A stretch of DNA of 63,023 bases, filler included, from Thraustochytrium aureum (taxonomy: Eukaryota), in the NCBI GenBank assembly GCA_012862495.1. It is 4 parts of 3 records of this genome, joined end to end, with 100 filler letters (N's around TTAATTAATTAA, not from the genome) between each part and the next. Parts side by side here need not be neighbours in the genome. Positions count along the whole stretch, not along the records: positions 26,837 to 50,807 come from BLSG01000324.1; positions 50,908 to 60,275 come from BLSG01000324.1; 2 more parts are not named here. One strand, 5' to 3'. The notes below the pieces were generated by a model. The model saw nothing but the letters and a program-made list of their open reading frames with translations. It was not told the origin of the DNA and did no database searches. The position numbers and the translations under genes were made by a program. Positions 45,501 through 57,840 of this stretch are shown one piece after another (the stretch's first letter is position 1; every line of letters begins with the position of its first letter).

Positions 45501-48500
45501 CACCGCGACAGGAGGAAGAAAGCGTCGCAGATCGGCTCATGGAGAGCTGCAAGCGGCGCGAACTGACCGAGTGGCCGATGGTGGGCAAGCCGCCAGGCCC
45601 GCCGATTCGCATCTTCGCAAGCGTTCGCGCCCTGTTGCTCCAGCCGGCGCTTCTCGGCACAGTTTTGCGCAGCGTGTTTCTCAACGCCCTTGGCGCCACC
45701 GGGGCCAAGATCGTCGGGAGCGACAAGGTGCGCGTCTTCAAGGCTGAGCCAGAGCAAGTCGAGCTCTTCTCGCGCAAGGTGAGCCCGGGCCTGTGCCACT
45801 CAGCAATGCACGTATTCACGCTTGCCGTCCACCACTACGACTCTGAGGCGACGGCAGAAGAGCGCCAGGCCTTTCAAGAAGCGTTGCGGCTTCGTCGCGA
45901 GCAGCCGCCCCCGTCCAGCGCGAGCCCTGCGGAGGGCGGGCGAGCGAGACAGGCGGCTGCGGCCCAGAAGACTTTAGCTTGATAGAGCTCGCGGTCAACC
46001 TGGAGGCGGCCTTCGCGGCTGAGCAAAGCGAGGAGCGCACGGCGTACATGCGATGGTGCAACAATGCCCTGGCGCAGTCTTTCGACGAGGTCGAGCCCTT
46101 GCGGGCGGCGCTTGGCCTCGGCAAGAAACGCAAGTCCACCAAGAATTCGAAAAAGTCCAAGCAGAAGAAGAACCGCGCTGGCGAGGCGCAGCGGCTTGCG
46201 ATGGAAAAAATGAAGCAGGCCCAAGCAACCGCCCTGGCTTCGATGGGCGGCGACGACGCCTTCGACGACGATGCCTGCAACGAGGAAAACTATTGCGTCA
46301 TGTGCCACGAACGTGTCGACACGCGCCAATATGCGTTCCTTGGCTATGCGCGCAACTCGAGTTGGGGTTACCCGCTCCCGCTGTTGCACGGCGAGCGTTG
46401 CCCTCCTGGAATCCTCAGTAGCACGCGCAGGCCCGCAGGCTGGTGCAGGCCGGAACCGAGACTCGCGATGTCGCAGCCAGCCCAACACCTCCAAGCAAAT
46501 GCCGCAGATATGGATTGGACCATGTCGCACATGGCGGATGACGACGACGCCGCCTCGCGAGGCGACGAGGACGACGAGGAAGAAGACGAGGAGGATGACT
46601 TGGAGCAGGCGGGCGACAGGTTTGATGTGGAGTTCGCTGGCCTCGAGGACGAGTTGGTTGACGAAGTGGACAGCACCGACGACGTTGGGGTCCAAGCTGC
46701 TCTAGGCCACCTAGACCCTGCCACAGTGCGAGAATTGATGGCTCAGGCCCAAGCTCAGGCCCAGGGCTTTGCCACCGACGACGCCGGCGCAACGGCACGG
46801 CGGGCGGGTGAGCCGCCTCGTGGCGAGGCGGGGCATGCCGCTTCGGTGGATGGGGCGGACGAGGGCGCCAGCGAGGTGCACGAATCCGAGTGGGGTGACG
46901 GCGGCGCAGGAACAGCTGCTGCGCAGGCGAACCCGTCTGAGCAAAACGAAGCCGCCCTTGCGCGACGCATTGGAAGCGTCGTTAGTGACTTGCTCATGCA
47001 GCAAATCGAGTCGCGGATGCAGTCGACTCGGAAGGAGCGCCAGAAGGAGAGTCCTGCCGTGGTCGTGCAGAGTACCGACAAGGACGTTTTCATCAGCTTT
47101 TGCTCGCACGCGATGCACATGGAGTGCCTGCAAAACTACTTGGACCTCATGAAGCGCGAGCAGGCCGCCACGGGGTCGTTGCGCAGGCAGGTCGCGGACT
47201 TTGAGCGCAACGAGTTCTTTTGCCCCATGTGCAAGAGCCTGAGCAACATAATTGTGCCCTTTGTGCAGGCGCCAAGAGGAGATGTCGCGGAGGCCGCTCG
47301 TCGTCCCGGCGACGAGCGGAAAGGTGCGCCGGCAGATGCCGACGGCGCGGCAGATTTCGCCGCCGAAGACCTAGATGCGCAAGCAAGCGGCCCGAGCAAG
47401 AGCCAAGCCTTCCTCGTCCCGGACAAGCGCCGTCGACTGTCGTCGGCGACCCCCGATGAGATGGCGCGCTTCATCACTGGCGAGCTGGGCGAGCTCACGC
47501 CGGAGCTCGAGCTGGGCGAGCTCACCACGCGCGACATTGAGCGGCTCGCGGACACAATCCTTGCAGTTGCAGACCCCGAGTTTCCCCTCACAGACATTGC
47601 TGGTTCGCAAGCTTCTGGAGCAGAAGCAGGTCAAGTCGGCTATGGCGGCAGGGGGCGTGTCTGGCGAATCGGAGTCGGCGGCGGCGGCGGCGGCAACGCG
47701 CGGCCAGGGGCCTCTCCGCAGGCCTCGTCGGCGCCCTCCTTCCTTGCGTCGCGCTCATCTAGCTCGGCTGCTGCTGCTCGGCTTGCAGAGGAAAAGACGG
47801 CGCTCCGGCTCGAAAAACGCGTGCTGGCTCTCTGGCGCAGCCTCGCCTTCTCCATGAGTGCCCGGGAAGGCATTTCGCACCCGAATTGCGGCGTGCCGTC
47901 GGTGACGACCGGGTTTCGCGAGCTGCGCGAGCTGCTCAAGCCGTCTCACAAGCAATGGTGGGCCATGTTTCGAGCCGCGGAGATTGTCAGCCGAGAGTGG
48001 GCGCGGCGCAGCGCCGGTGTCTCGAGCGGCGCATCCGCGTCCGGGTCTGTCAGCTCTTCTCCGGTGCGCACGGTATCAAACCCTGCTTCTGCGGTGGCTG
48101 CCAGCGCCGCCTCCGCTGCGACGCTCGCTTCCAAGCTGCTGCGCCCAAGTGTGATCGGACGCCGCGCCTCCGACGGCGCGTCCTCAACGTCGGCGTCCGC
48201 CACGACAGGTGCGAGCGCTGGCGAGGCGACAGAAGCCACGGAGGCGCTCGCGCCTGATGACGACGCCGCTGGTGCAGCCGAAAGCGCCTCGGTCAAACCT
48301 AGCCGAGCGCAAGCGTCCACATTTGGCAGCTCCATGCTGCGGTCGGGACTCTCGACGTTTCTGAACACTTTCCGCAAATCTGCCCGCGCGATCGGACAGC
48401 GCGGTGGCGCAGGAGTGGACGGCGCCACCGCGGGCGATAACGACTCTGTGAGCGAGCGCGGCCAAGACGCCAACGTTTTGGTGCAAATGCTAACAACAGG

Positions 48501-49771
48501 GATCTGCAGGGACCGGGACTCTGCGCTTGCGGCTGAGCTCGCCCCAGGGGTCCGTGCGACGTTTCCTGTCGCGCTCGACGAGGATCTCGTCAAGCACGCA
48601 GAGGGGCCGCACAACATCGTGCAGGCGGCCAGAGTGTGCTTGGACAAGTCAGGAAGACCTGTTCAGGTGCTCCCGGGGGACGAAGTTGTCTATGTGTCGC
48701 GTCAAACGGGGACGATGACGGTCGAGCGGCTGGTGACGCCACACGGCACCCTTCTCAACATGCGCGACCCGGTGGCGCTCTTGGCCGGCTTGCTTTGCAC
48801 TACCCCTGCCAGCATGCACCTGAGCGCAACGCGGGCGATGGCGATGGCCACGCTTGTGCAGGCCCTGGAGCGGCCGGATTCGGTTGATCTGTGCGAGCAT
48901 GCCTCGAACAGCCCTCGGATAGCCCTCGCGCGCCAGTGGGCCGTGCCCCTGCGCCAGCTCAAGCCAGGAGTGTCTGACCAGGTGGTCTTCCAGGCGCTGT
49001 TCGGGCGCCTTGCGCGATTCTTGCGGTCTGCGGCCATGATGCTCATCGTCATCCAGGGCGAGGACGAGGTCTCGCGCTCGACGGAGCGCTTGGTGGAACT
49101 GGACGAGTATGGGGACCTGGACGAGGTCGAAGCGCTTTGGTCGCGGTTCCTTGGGCCTCCCTTCTGTGGACGAAATGGTGCAGTCAGACACGCTCATGGA
49201 GATCATCCAGGGGTGGAAGGCCGCCTCGATAGACGCCCAGGCTGGGTTTACGACTGACCGATGTTGCCTTGACCGAACGCGGCTTGGCTTGATTGGCCTC
49301 CCGAGCAACTACGAGCAGCTTCTCGCGCACATCGCTCGCGTGGCCAAATGCCCTACGACGGGGAAGCCGATCAAGAGCCCGGCGCTTTGCCTTCGGTGCG
49401 GAGCGGTCGTGTGTGCGCAACAGACTTGCTGCAAGCGTCGTAGCAGTTCAGGGCGAGACTTGGGGGCTGGCACGCAGCACGCGCAGGCTTGCGGCGGCGG
49501 CTCGTGCGCGTTTCTTCTCGTGCAGAAATGCGTCGTCGTCCTCGTGCACGGCAATCACGCGGTGGACCTAAGCGCGCCGTACGTGGACAGTCACGGCGAG
49601 ACGGACGACTACCTGCGACGCGGTCGCCCGCTCAAGTTTCACGAGCAAGCGTATCGGAACCTGCAGTACATTTGCGCGAACAACGAGATCTGCCACAGGG
49701 TTGCTTCGATCGCTCAGAACGAGGAGCATCAGCGGGGATTTCGGCGCCATCGGCCGCGCGACGCGTTCTAG
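42512..49771 (+). CDS. UBR1/UBR2/PRT6-type N-recognin E3 ubiquitin ligase; frameshifts near 45970 and 49160
   Basis: UBR box CGKVFGEGDLAYNCRTCQVDSTCVICQECFNDSNHTGH...GGCCDCGDEEAW. ClpS-like VVLNNDDVHSINEV. LSVQLL, SHHLPVQRFL, WRRNG. Split RING CVMC...CSHAMHMEC...FFCPMCKSLSN. C-terminal LPSNYEQL...PALCLRCG...APYVDSHGETDDYLRRGRPL. Confidence 0.93.
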
Positions 49772-50313
49772 GGGGGGCTTGTCTCCTCTGCTCTGCTGTA
49801 CTAGTACGTACTCGCTTGATTTCAATTTCCCCAATTCTCCTTCGTAGAGTACATACCGGTACATACCGGCCTACCAACTCTCTCCCACTTGTGCAGTGTC
49901 GTCAGAATTGGACGGCCACAGCGGCGGGTTTCTGTTGACGGCCCAACTCAGGCCGAGTCTCCGTCAAAAGAGGAACCTGAAGCTGTGCTGTGGTTGACGA
50001 TTGACAGCCGTGCAGCGACCAGGCGGGCCCTGTCTGGGATGGATCACCATCCAGGCGCGCCTACTCGGGGAGCTTTTATCTGCAACTTGGCCTGTTCGTC
50101 GCGCCGCGCCGCCTCGTGGGGCAAACTAAACCTACGAAACCCGCGTTGCAGCTCACGTTGCATCTACTGGCGCGACCATCCACTCGCTCGTGCTCTACGA
50201 TGTCAACGATGCGGGCGTTCACTAGCTGGATCGAAAAGCAAGGGTTCGATTCGGATTTCAATCGAAATGAGACCAGCTCGGCCTGTCTCCGTCTTTCATC
50301 GACTGTGGACTCG

Positions 50314-50807
50314 CTAAACCGCTCTAGAGGCCGCGCCGCAGCCGGGCAGAGCAGCAGCGTCGTTGGCCGGTACGACGGCCTCCCAAAAGGCGCGATCCTG
50401 CGCTCGACGTTCCTCAAGCGTACCCTCTCCCGCGGGCCCGCACTCAACAGTCCAGCCTGGAGCAAACACGCCTATTGAAAGCCCCGCGCTGCGCGCAAGG
50501 GCCGCAGCATGGGCGGCGCCGAAACCAGGTCCATGGCAAACCCTCCCGCGCGCGAAAACGTCGACACCGACAAACACGCGACTCAGGGACAGGCCGTTGG
50601 CCGCGGCAGTCGCCGCACTGCGCGCGAGGTGCTCCGCAGCCCACCAATAGTTGGTGAGAATGCCGTCGCAAGCGGCCGCAAGCGCCAAGTTGTGCTCGTT
50701 GAGCTCGTTCTGGTACCGGACCTTGCCGCCCAAGTCCAGCGAATCATAAGCGATCACGCAGGCCGCGCCGAGAGGCAGCGCCGCCCTGCAGGCCGCAGCA
50801 AGCCCGG
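50314..50807 (-). CDS. Endo-beta-N-acetylglucosaminidase (GH85, ENGase), 3' part of the catalytic domain; 5' truncated at contig end
   Basis: VIAYDSL...GKVRYQNELNEHN...CDGILTNYWW...VFVGVDVFARG...SIGVFAPGWTVE, hallmark GH85 motifs. Confidence 0.88.
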
Positions 50808-50907
50808 NNNNNNNNNNNNNNNNNNNNNNNNNNNNNNNNNNNNNNNNNNNNTTAATTAATTAANNNNNNNNNNNNNNNNNNNNNNNNNNNNNNNNNNNNN
50901 NNNNNNN
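50808..50907. other. Artificial contig-joining linker (N-TTAATTAATTAA-N)
   Basis: 100 bp, stop cassette at 50852-50863. Confidence 0.95.
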
Positions 50908-51312
50908 GGGGGCGGCGGCGTCTGCCCCAGAAGGGGCGGCTGGCACCGGCGGCTGCGATGTGGTGGCTGGCGTGGCTTGAGGTGCTGGGGCGCTCGGCGT
51001 AGGCGCTTCTTGGGTCGGGGCGGCGGCTGGCGGGGCGGGCACGGCAGCGGCGGGGGCTTGTGCCGCAGCTACTGCGGGCTTTGGTGCCTTGGGCTTGGAG
51101 ACCATGCAGACGAGAAACCCGTTGGCTTCCACGTTGTACTCGGAGAGCTTTTTGTCGTCGGCCAGGATCTTGCCCTTGTAGATGAGCTTTTGGCCGCTCG
51201 GCTCCCAGCCCTTGAGCGAGCTGATCGTGTTCTTCACGTCCAGAGTGGTCTGCGTCAGCTCCACATCGATTTCAAACTTGTCCCCTTTCAGGGGCGTCAC
51301 TCCGATCTTCAT
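50908..51312 (-). CDS. RAD23: RAD23-like UBL shuttle factor, 5' part (UBL domain + Pro/Ala linker)
   Basis: MKIGVTPLKGDKFEIDVE...QKLIYKGKILADDKKLSEYNVEANGFLVCMVSKPKA followed by a PA/T-rich linker. UBA domains are lost at the contig end. Confidence 0.85.
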
Positions 51313-52074
51313 CTTCCCCCGTACCCCACAGCGAGCGTGCGCGCGCACTACCAGATCCGCAACCGCGCGGCCAAGTCCTCGTCCGCCGCCGAATCGCACC
51401 ACGTCCGCACCGCAGCCTGGGAAAAAAAATAAATTCGCGCCGGCCAGTACCGAGCTCGTCCGGACCAAACCCAGCCCAGCGCGCGCCGTCGATCCTGCGG
51501 GGCCCGCTCGCTGCCTGCCTTCCTGCGCTTGTCTTCCTCGTCCTCCTCGCGGCGCAGACGGTCCCTTCGCTCCGCTGTTCGTTCGGGCTCTGCCTGCGCT
51601 TCCCACGTGTTCACTGCACTATCTCCCTGCTCCGCCCAACCCATCAGCGTCACGAACGCGCCCGCGATACGCGCCGCGCCGCCTCGCGCCTCTGGCCGTG
51701 TTCCGCAGATCGTCACCTTGTAGATACGCCGGGGGAACGAGGGGGCCTGCGTTGCGACACGTGGGGCGCTGCGTGATGGGAGTGCAGGTGTTCTCGTGAA
51801 TGACTTGGAAGGCAAACCGCGATGGCCACGAGCTGGATGGGATGACTTTGGCGCGCGTTGGCGTTGGCGAGCTCCAGGCTGCTGCGCAGTCGCTTTCGGA
51901 GCTCATTCATGTCCGCGGCAGCCGCAGCCTTGTTTTTATAATGCGCGCAATGGCTGTGCGCAGCTGCTCGGGCTGCTCTGCGAACCCAGGCTGGACTGTC
52001 AAGAAGCCGTTGATTTTTTGCTTCTTCGCGTTGTTGCAAGCGTACCAGAGCAACACAAGTTGACTTTGGAGTGC

Positions 52075-52105
52075 GCAGCAGCAGCAGCAGCAGCAGTAGC
52101 AGCAG
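52075..52105 (+). repeat. (GCA)n microsatellite
   Basis: gcagcagcagcagcagcagcagtagcagcag. Confidence 0.8.
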
Positions 52106-52385
52106 CTCGCGGCCGGTGCTGTGCAAGGCAGGACGCGGGCAGGCAAGCAGAGGTACGGTTGACAGGAATACGAAAAGGTGGCTGGCGCGTCTGCTGAGGA
52201 AGGCAAGCAGGTCCACCTGCTGGCGACAACGAGGCGACAGCTGCGCTAATCCCTCCAGCGAGCGCCGCCACGCGCGGCTGATACTTGGCGGACGTCTTGC
52301 ACCTGTATGGTATCGAGCTCGCCGAGGGCCTTTTCGCGAGGGCTTTGCTCGGGTCGGTTGGACTGGTTCGTAGGCGCCGTTGGCG

Positions 52386-52880
52386 ATGGCGTGCGAAGGG
52401 AAAGGGCAGGAGGCTTTGGAAGCCAAGAGTGAGATTGACGTTGTCGACGACGACACTTCTCTGGACTTTGTTGTCAGGTTCGCTGAGCACATTGATTCGC
52501 ACGAGTTCAACCTCCGCATGGAGAACTTTTACAAGGACAACTGCCATGTCGTCGACCTGTCCACGGACGAGCACAGCCACGAGTACTTTGACCTTTTCAA
52601 GCAGTACCAAGAGCACATCGAGGAGATGCTCGAGGGCTTTGTCAAGATTGAGGGGCTCGGGTCGCCCCGCGCGCTCTTCGCCAAGCTGAAAGCATGCAAC
52701 GAGGCAAACCCGTTCGCGCGCGAGTACCTCGAGTTTTGCGTGGACTGCATGGAGTACACCGAGTTTGTGCGCTCCCTCAAGCAGCACTGGCGCACCTTTG
52801 CGGCCAACAACGGCTTGCTGGAAGCCGAGGGCGACGCGAGGGCGGCGACCGAGTCAAAGTCCAGATCATCCCGCAAGTAG
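52386..52880 (+). CDS. BART-domain protein (ARL2BP/CFAP36-like)
   Basis: EFNLRMENFYKDNCHV...EHSHEYFDLFKQYQEHIEEMLEGF...EYTEFVRSL matches the BART consensus (F...C..F...E...EY..I...Y...IE..L). Confidence 0.8.
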   Translation: MACEGKGQEALEAKSEIDVVDDDTSLDFVVRFAEHIDSHEFNLRMENFYKDNCHVVDLSTDEHSHEYFDLFKQYQEHIEEMLEGFVKIEGLGSPRALFAKLKACNEANPFAREYLEFCVDCMEYTEFVRSLKQHWRTFAANNGLLEAEGDARAATESKSRSSRK

Positions 52881-53851
52881 CCCCCACGCGCCCAGCCCTG
52901 CATCGCAAGGCGCTCGCCCCCGCCCATGACCCGCCTTTTCATTGAACACAAAACAAATCATCACCTCCTGCACGCACGCAGGCCCGCAGGCCCGCAGGCC
53001 CGTCCGGCGCCCTCCATCCACGCACGCGTGAGAGCAGCCCACTGGCTCCCGCTCCGCGCGACCGGGCCGCGCCCGCAGAGAGCGAGCCAGCTCCCCGCTG
53101 CCCGTCCAGCGCCCCAGNNNNNNNNNNNNNNNNNNNNNNNNNNNNNNNNNNNNNNNNNNNNNNNNNNNNNNNNNNNNNNNNNNNNNNNNNNNNNNNNNNN
53201 NNNNNNNNNNNNNNNNNNNNNNNNNNNNNNNNNNNNNNNNNNNNNNNNNNNNNNNNNNNNNNNNNNNNNNNNNNNNNNNNNNNNNNNNNNNNNNNNNNNN
53301 NNNNNNNNNNNNNNNNNNNNNNNNNNNNNNNNNNNNNNNNNNNNNNNNNNNNNNNNNNNNNNNNNNNNNNNNNNNNNNNNNNNNNNNNNNNNNNNNNNNN
53401 NNNNNNNNNNNNNNNNNNNNNNNNNNNNNNNNNNNNNNNNNNNNNNNNNNNNNNNNNNNNNNNNNNNNNNNNNNNNNNNNNNNNNNNNNNNNNNNNNNNN
53501 NNNNNNNNNNNNNNNNNNNNNNNNNNNNNNNNNNNNNNNNNNNNNNNNNNNNNNNNNNNNNNNNNNNNNNNNNNNNNNNNNNNNNNNNNNNNNNNNNNNN
53601 NNNNNNNNNNNNNNNNNNNNNNNNNNNNNNNNNNNNNNNNNNNNNNNNNNNNNNNNNNNNNNNNNNNNNNNNNNNNNNNNNNNNNNNNNNNNNNNNNNNN
53701 NNNNNNNNNNNNNNNNNNNNNNNNNNNNNNNNNNNNNNNNNNNNNNNNNNNNNNNNNNNNNNNNNNNNNNNNNNNNNNNNNNNNNNNNNNNNNNNNNNNN
53801 NNNNNNNNNNNNNNNNNNNNNNNNNNNNNNNNNNNNNNNNNNNNNNNNNNN

Positions 53852-55655
53852 AGAGACGAGCGACGAGCGCGAGGCGGCAGGGGAAGAGGACGAGGAAGAG
53901 GACGAGGAAGAGCAGCTGTGGGAGGCGCAAGCGCGCCTCCTCATGTTCATCACCTACATGGAAGACCACCGGCAGCTAGACCCGGCCGGTGCCGACGTCC
54001 TGCGGCGCCTTGTCTCTGACGGGGACGAGCGAACGATAGGGGCAATGCAGCTCTTCCTGGAAGACAGGGACGGCGACGAGCTGCGCGACACGCTGCAGCG
54101 CGTGGCGCAGATCGAGCTCAACATGCAAAAGCAACTCCAGTCGCCCAAAGACGGCGAGGACTTCACCGACGACGAATTCGCGGACAGCTCCGAAGACGAC
54201 GACGACGAAGACGACGACGAAGACGACGATGATGAAGATGAGGCGGACGACGATTATGGCGACGACGGCCGCGACGAGTACGACGAAGACGAGATGGACA
54301 AGGAGCTCATGTACCAGGTCGTCGTGGCGTTGTACAAGCGCGAGCTGCTGAGCATGGGCGAGGTCCTCACCATCAAGCGGTTGGTGGACGTCGAGAATGA
54401 GCTTGTGCTCGCGGCGAGCCAGGTCTACGAGGATCGCGGCGACGAGGAGGACTTTGCAGACACGCTGCGACGCATCGCCGACCACTTTAGCATCGAAAAG
54501 GTGATCCTCCAGCTCCTGGGTAGCTCGTACGTGACCAAGGACGAAGCCCGATTCTTGATGCTCGAGTTCCGCAAGGCCGGCTCGCTGGTGACGCAAGCGT
54601 GGAAAATGTACTGCGAGCACCGCAACCAGCGCGTGCTGGCCGACCAGCTGCTGACGATCCTCATCTGCCACGACAAGCGCACCTTTTTGCTCCGAATGCA
54701 CGCGCGCGGCGTCTTCGACCGGCTAGAAGCGACCGTGCTGCTCGACCTGCTCGACAAAGGCGACCTCGCACTCCTTGCGATTTTCGACCTGCTCCTGAGC
54801 GAGGGCGACCTGGCCGACGCCCTCGACTCGCTGCGGCGCCTCACGATCGTGCGCAGCAATAGACTGGACGGGTCCAAGATTCCCTCCACGCTGGCGCAGG
54901 AGGCCACCGAGACGCTCGAGCTCGTCCAAGCGCTCGCGATGGACGGAGTCCTCTCCGAGTTGCAGTACATGATCCTCAACGCGCTCATCGTGCGCCACGA
55001 CGAGCGCGTCATGGCTGCCTACGGGTTGTACTGCGTCAACAGCGATATCGACGACTTTGTGGACACGCTCAAGACCATCTCGCTCATCGCCGCTCCAGAG
55101 GCCACCCGCAGCTCGAGCGCTGCCGCCGGAGGGGCAGGCGGTGCGGGGTCTGCGGACGCCGAGATTGACGAGGACACGCGAATCCTCGACACGATGTTCC
55201 ACCTGGTCTACTCGAGCAAGATCTCGCCGGAGGAGGCCAGCGTGTTGGGCGGTCTCCTGCCTGACCGCGACCCTCGCCTGCTCGCTGCATTCGACGTGTA
55301 CGCGCTTGAGGAGGATGACGATGATCTGGCCGACACGCTGCGTCGCATCGCGTCTCGCGAGGTTGGCGGGAGCGCCTCGATGTCGCTCACGCAACTCTCA
55401 GGCCTTGGAAACTTTACCGAGGAGGACGATGCCGAGGAGGAGGACGAGGAGGAGGAGGACGCCGAGGAAAGTGGTGCCGGGCCGGTAGATTCGGAGGTGT
55501 CTTCCCTGGACGGCAGCAACGAGACTATCAACGACGATGACTACGACTTGCTCTCCTCTGGTGCCGACGAGGAGGACGACGCCGATGACAACGCCGATGT
55601 CAACAGCGCGACGGGCGCAGAAGCGGACCTTCCTCCACCGCCCCAGCTCGAGTGA
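53852..55655 (+). CDS. Acidic protein with six copies of a ~55-60 aa helical repeat; 5' end in gap
   Basis: Repeats with consensus E..L..L....D..LLAA..(V/L)Y....D..DF.DTLRRIA, separated by Asp/Glu-rich linkers. Strong coding-type codon bias. Confidence 0.8.
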
Positions 55656-56079
55656 GCAGCAGCAGCAGCAGGAGGCACTCTACCAAGTCTAAAATAAGTT
55701 ACTACAGTATACGTGCGCCGCGCCGCAGCGCCGTCCTGCTGTTTCCCAGCGCCTCGCAGCGCCCCGTTCGCTTCCCCCGCATGCTTCAATGGCGCCGGGT
55801 CCTATCGATACCTCAAGCCCCAGCGCCGCTGCGCTGTGCTTCTCTTCGCGTCCCGCACGCGGGCGGGCTCGACTGAGTGCGCTCAACGCATGCATTATTT
55901 AAAGCCCTTGCGGACGTTTTGAACGCAGTGGATACTGGAAACGGTCCGCAGACCCTAATTGTGCCTCCGCGCTGCGCCCCATCCCGCAGGTGCATGTCCT
56001 CAACCAGCGCAGCAGACCTCCAATTGGCCTCGGCGCCGGCAGCGCGTTTGGCTCTGCGCTGCCCACGTCCTGGTTGGCA

Positions 56080-56817
56080 ATGGGCCGCCGCGAGTCGCTG
56101 CAGGCGGCGGCTTTCCTGGTCCTCGCTGCCTTGCACAGCGCCCTCGCCCAGCAGGCCAGCCTGCGGACTCACTTGCCAGCGGGTTCGAACGCGACTGCGA
56201 ACGCGACTGCGAACGCGACTGCGGACGGCCTAGGCGCGGACAATGGGACTGCAACGAGCAAGGATGGATCTGGCCCGGTTGCAGGCACGTCTGGCGAGTC
56301 GGACGAGTCGGGTGCGGTTGGTGGCGCCGTCGCCGGGCTCCCGGACTGGGCCGTATACGCTGGCATTGCGGTCGGCAGCGTTGGGTTTATCTTGCTTGTG
56401 GGCTTGGCAGTGCGCCGAGTGAGGCGCGGGCACAGGCCACCGCGCCCGCCGCCGGGGCAAGCGGCCATTTCGCAAGGCAACTTTGTCTTTCGCAAGTCCG
56501 CAGAACACGTCAGCGTGATGAACAACCCGATGCACCGCGCGACAAGCAGCAGCAGCTCGACCGGGGCCGGTTCAACTGGCGAGCGTGGGCCAGAAGGTCG
56601 AAAGGCGCTCGCGCAGCGCTCGGCTGAGGAGGCGCCGAGTGAAAACCAAGAGCAGGCCAAGCGCGAGGCTGAGATCACGGCCGCTACGGTGCGAGTGACC
56701 TCGTGGAAGTCGCGCTGGGGCCGCGTGCTGTCGATAGCTCGCCGCACTGACTTGTCGCACTTTGACGAACCGGAAGCGCTTGCCGTGCACTGCGCCACGG
56801 ACGGAAGCGCGGTCTAG
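56080..56817 (+). CDS. Small type I membrane glycoprotein
   Basis: Signal peptide (MGRRESLQAAAFLVLAALHSALA). NATANATANAT sequons from a 12-bp repeat x3 (56187-56222). TM WAVYAGIAVGSVGFILLVGLAV followed by RRVRR, then a cytoplasmic tail. Confidence 0.7.
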   Translation: MGRRESLQAAAFLVLAALHSALAQQASLRTHLPAGSNATANATANATADGLGADNGTATSKDGSGPVAGTSGESDESGAVGGAVAGLPDWAVYAGIAVGSVGFILLVGLAVRRVRRGHRPPRPPPGQAAISQGNFVFRKSAEHVSVMNNPMHRATSSSSSTGAGSTGERGPEGRKALAQRSAEEAPSENQEQAKREAEITAATVRVTSWKSRWGRVLSIARRTDLSHFDEPEALAVHCATDGSAV

Positions 56818-57840
56818 CATCCACACTGGAAGCGCCAGGCATCAACTTTCCATTGACAGCCATCACTCAATCCGCACTGGCGGGCCTTGCGATGCCAGCA
56901 AGCCTCCACGACCCGGACAAGAACGGGAGCGCCTTCCAACGCAGGTGGACCGTCACGGTCCTTGATGCGACGGAATCGAGTCGAGGCCTTCGCGGCAAAC
57001 GGAGGTTTTCGTTTCCCCGGCGCCACCGTTCTGAACGCAACGCCTCCGTTCCAATTTCCAATTGTTCGAAGTATGTCAATCAAAGCGAAATCGCCGAAAT
57101 TGCCCAATTGTCGCCTCCTGGTCGCCACATTGATTGATCAATGAGTGCACTTCGCCTTGCTCGGTTCATGAGCCGGTGTGCTCTCGCCAGTCCACTTTCA
57201 CCAGTGCGGCTGGCCGGGCTTGCTGGCGAGTCCTTGTCCTTGTTGGCGAGTTGAGGGCCGCGCGAGCGAGGGAGTGTGGCGAGCGAGAGAGCTCGACCGA
57301 CCCGGATGAACTGAAGCCAAGGCGGACTCTAGACTCTCTACTGAAGAGGAGCCGGCCAGTCGAGTGGGCCAGGAGTCCCAGGACGCACGTTGACGCGGAA
57401 TCGCAGGTGCATTCCCTCGCTCGCTCGAATCGCGAACGATTTTGCTCGATCCAGGGTGTGCGCCTGCCGGCCTTGCAAACGACGAGCGGAGTCGGAGGGC
57501 TGCACACTCCTCGCAAGGAGGATCTCGTCAGTTTGTTTGTCAGCTTGTTCCCTCCTTGGTTTGTTTCATGCGGCGCTTTTGCCCACTCGTGTGCGCATTT
57601 GTGTGCGTTCTCTCATCATCTGTGCGGTTCGGACATTGTGTGCTTGCTCGCTCACCGCCACCTTCCACGCACCAACCATGCAAGACAAGCTCGACGTTTG
57701 GCTGGCGAGCGAGCATTCACCAAACCAAAGAGGCGATACAGAACCCTATCTCCCTTCCGCATCACCTGCAGCAGCGTGCAGTTTGCAACTCCCAACGACC
57801 CAAGCCACCAGCAACACCAGCAACACCGACACCGAAAACA

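Noticed and set aside
46300..47100. Large acidic insertion splitting the UBR RING domain
   Set aside because: Split RINGs with long insertions are normal for UBR1/PRT6-family ligases.
50314..51312. Apparent ENGase-RAD23 neighbourhood or fusion (ERAD deglycosylation theme)
   Set aside because: The two fragments lie on opposite sides of an artificial linker.
5361..51312. Apparent cluster of ubiquitin/proteostasis genes (HECT_2, RBR, UBR, RAD23, torsin) and of ciliary genes (dynein, IQ protein, BART)
   Set aside because: The genes span separately joined pieces, and these classes are common in eukaryotic genomes.
51619..52206. Short ORFs between RAD23 and the BART gene
   Set aside because: No motifs or consistent codon bias; likely a divergent promoter/UTR with a microsatellite.
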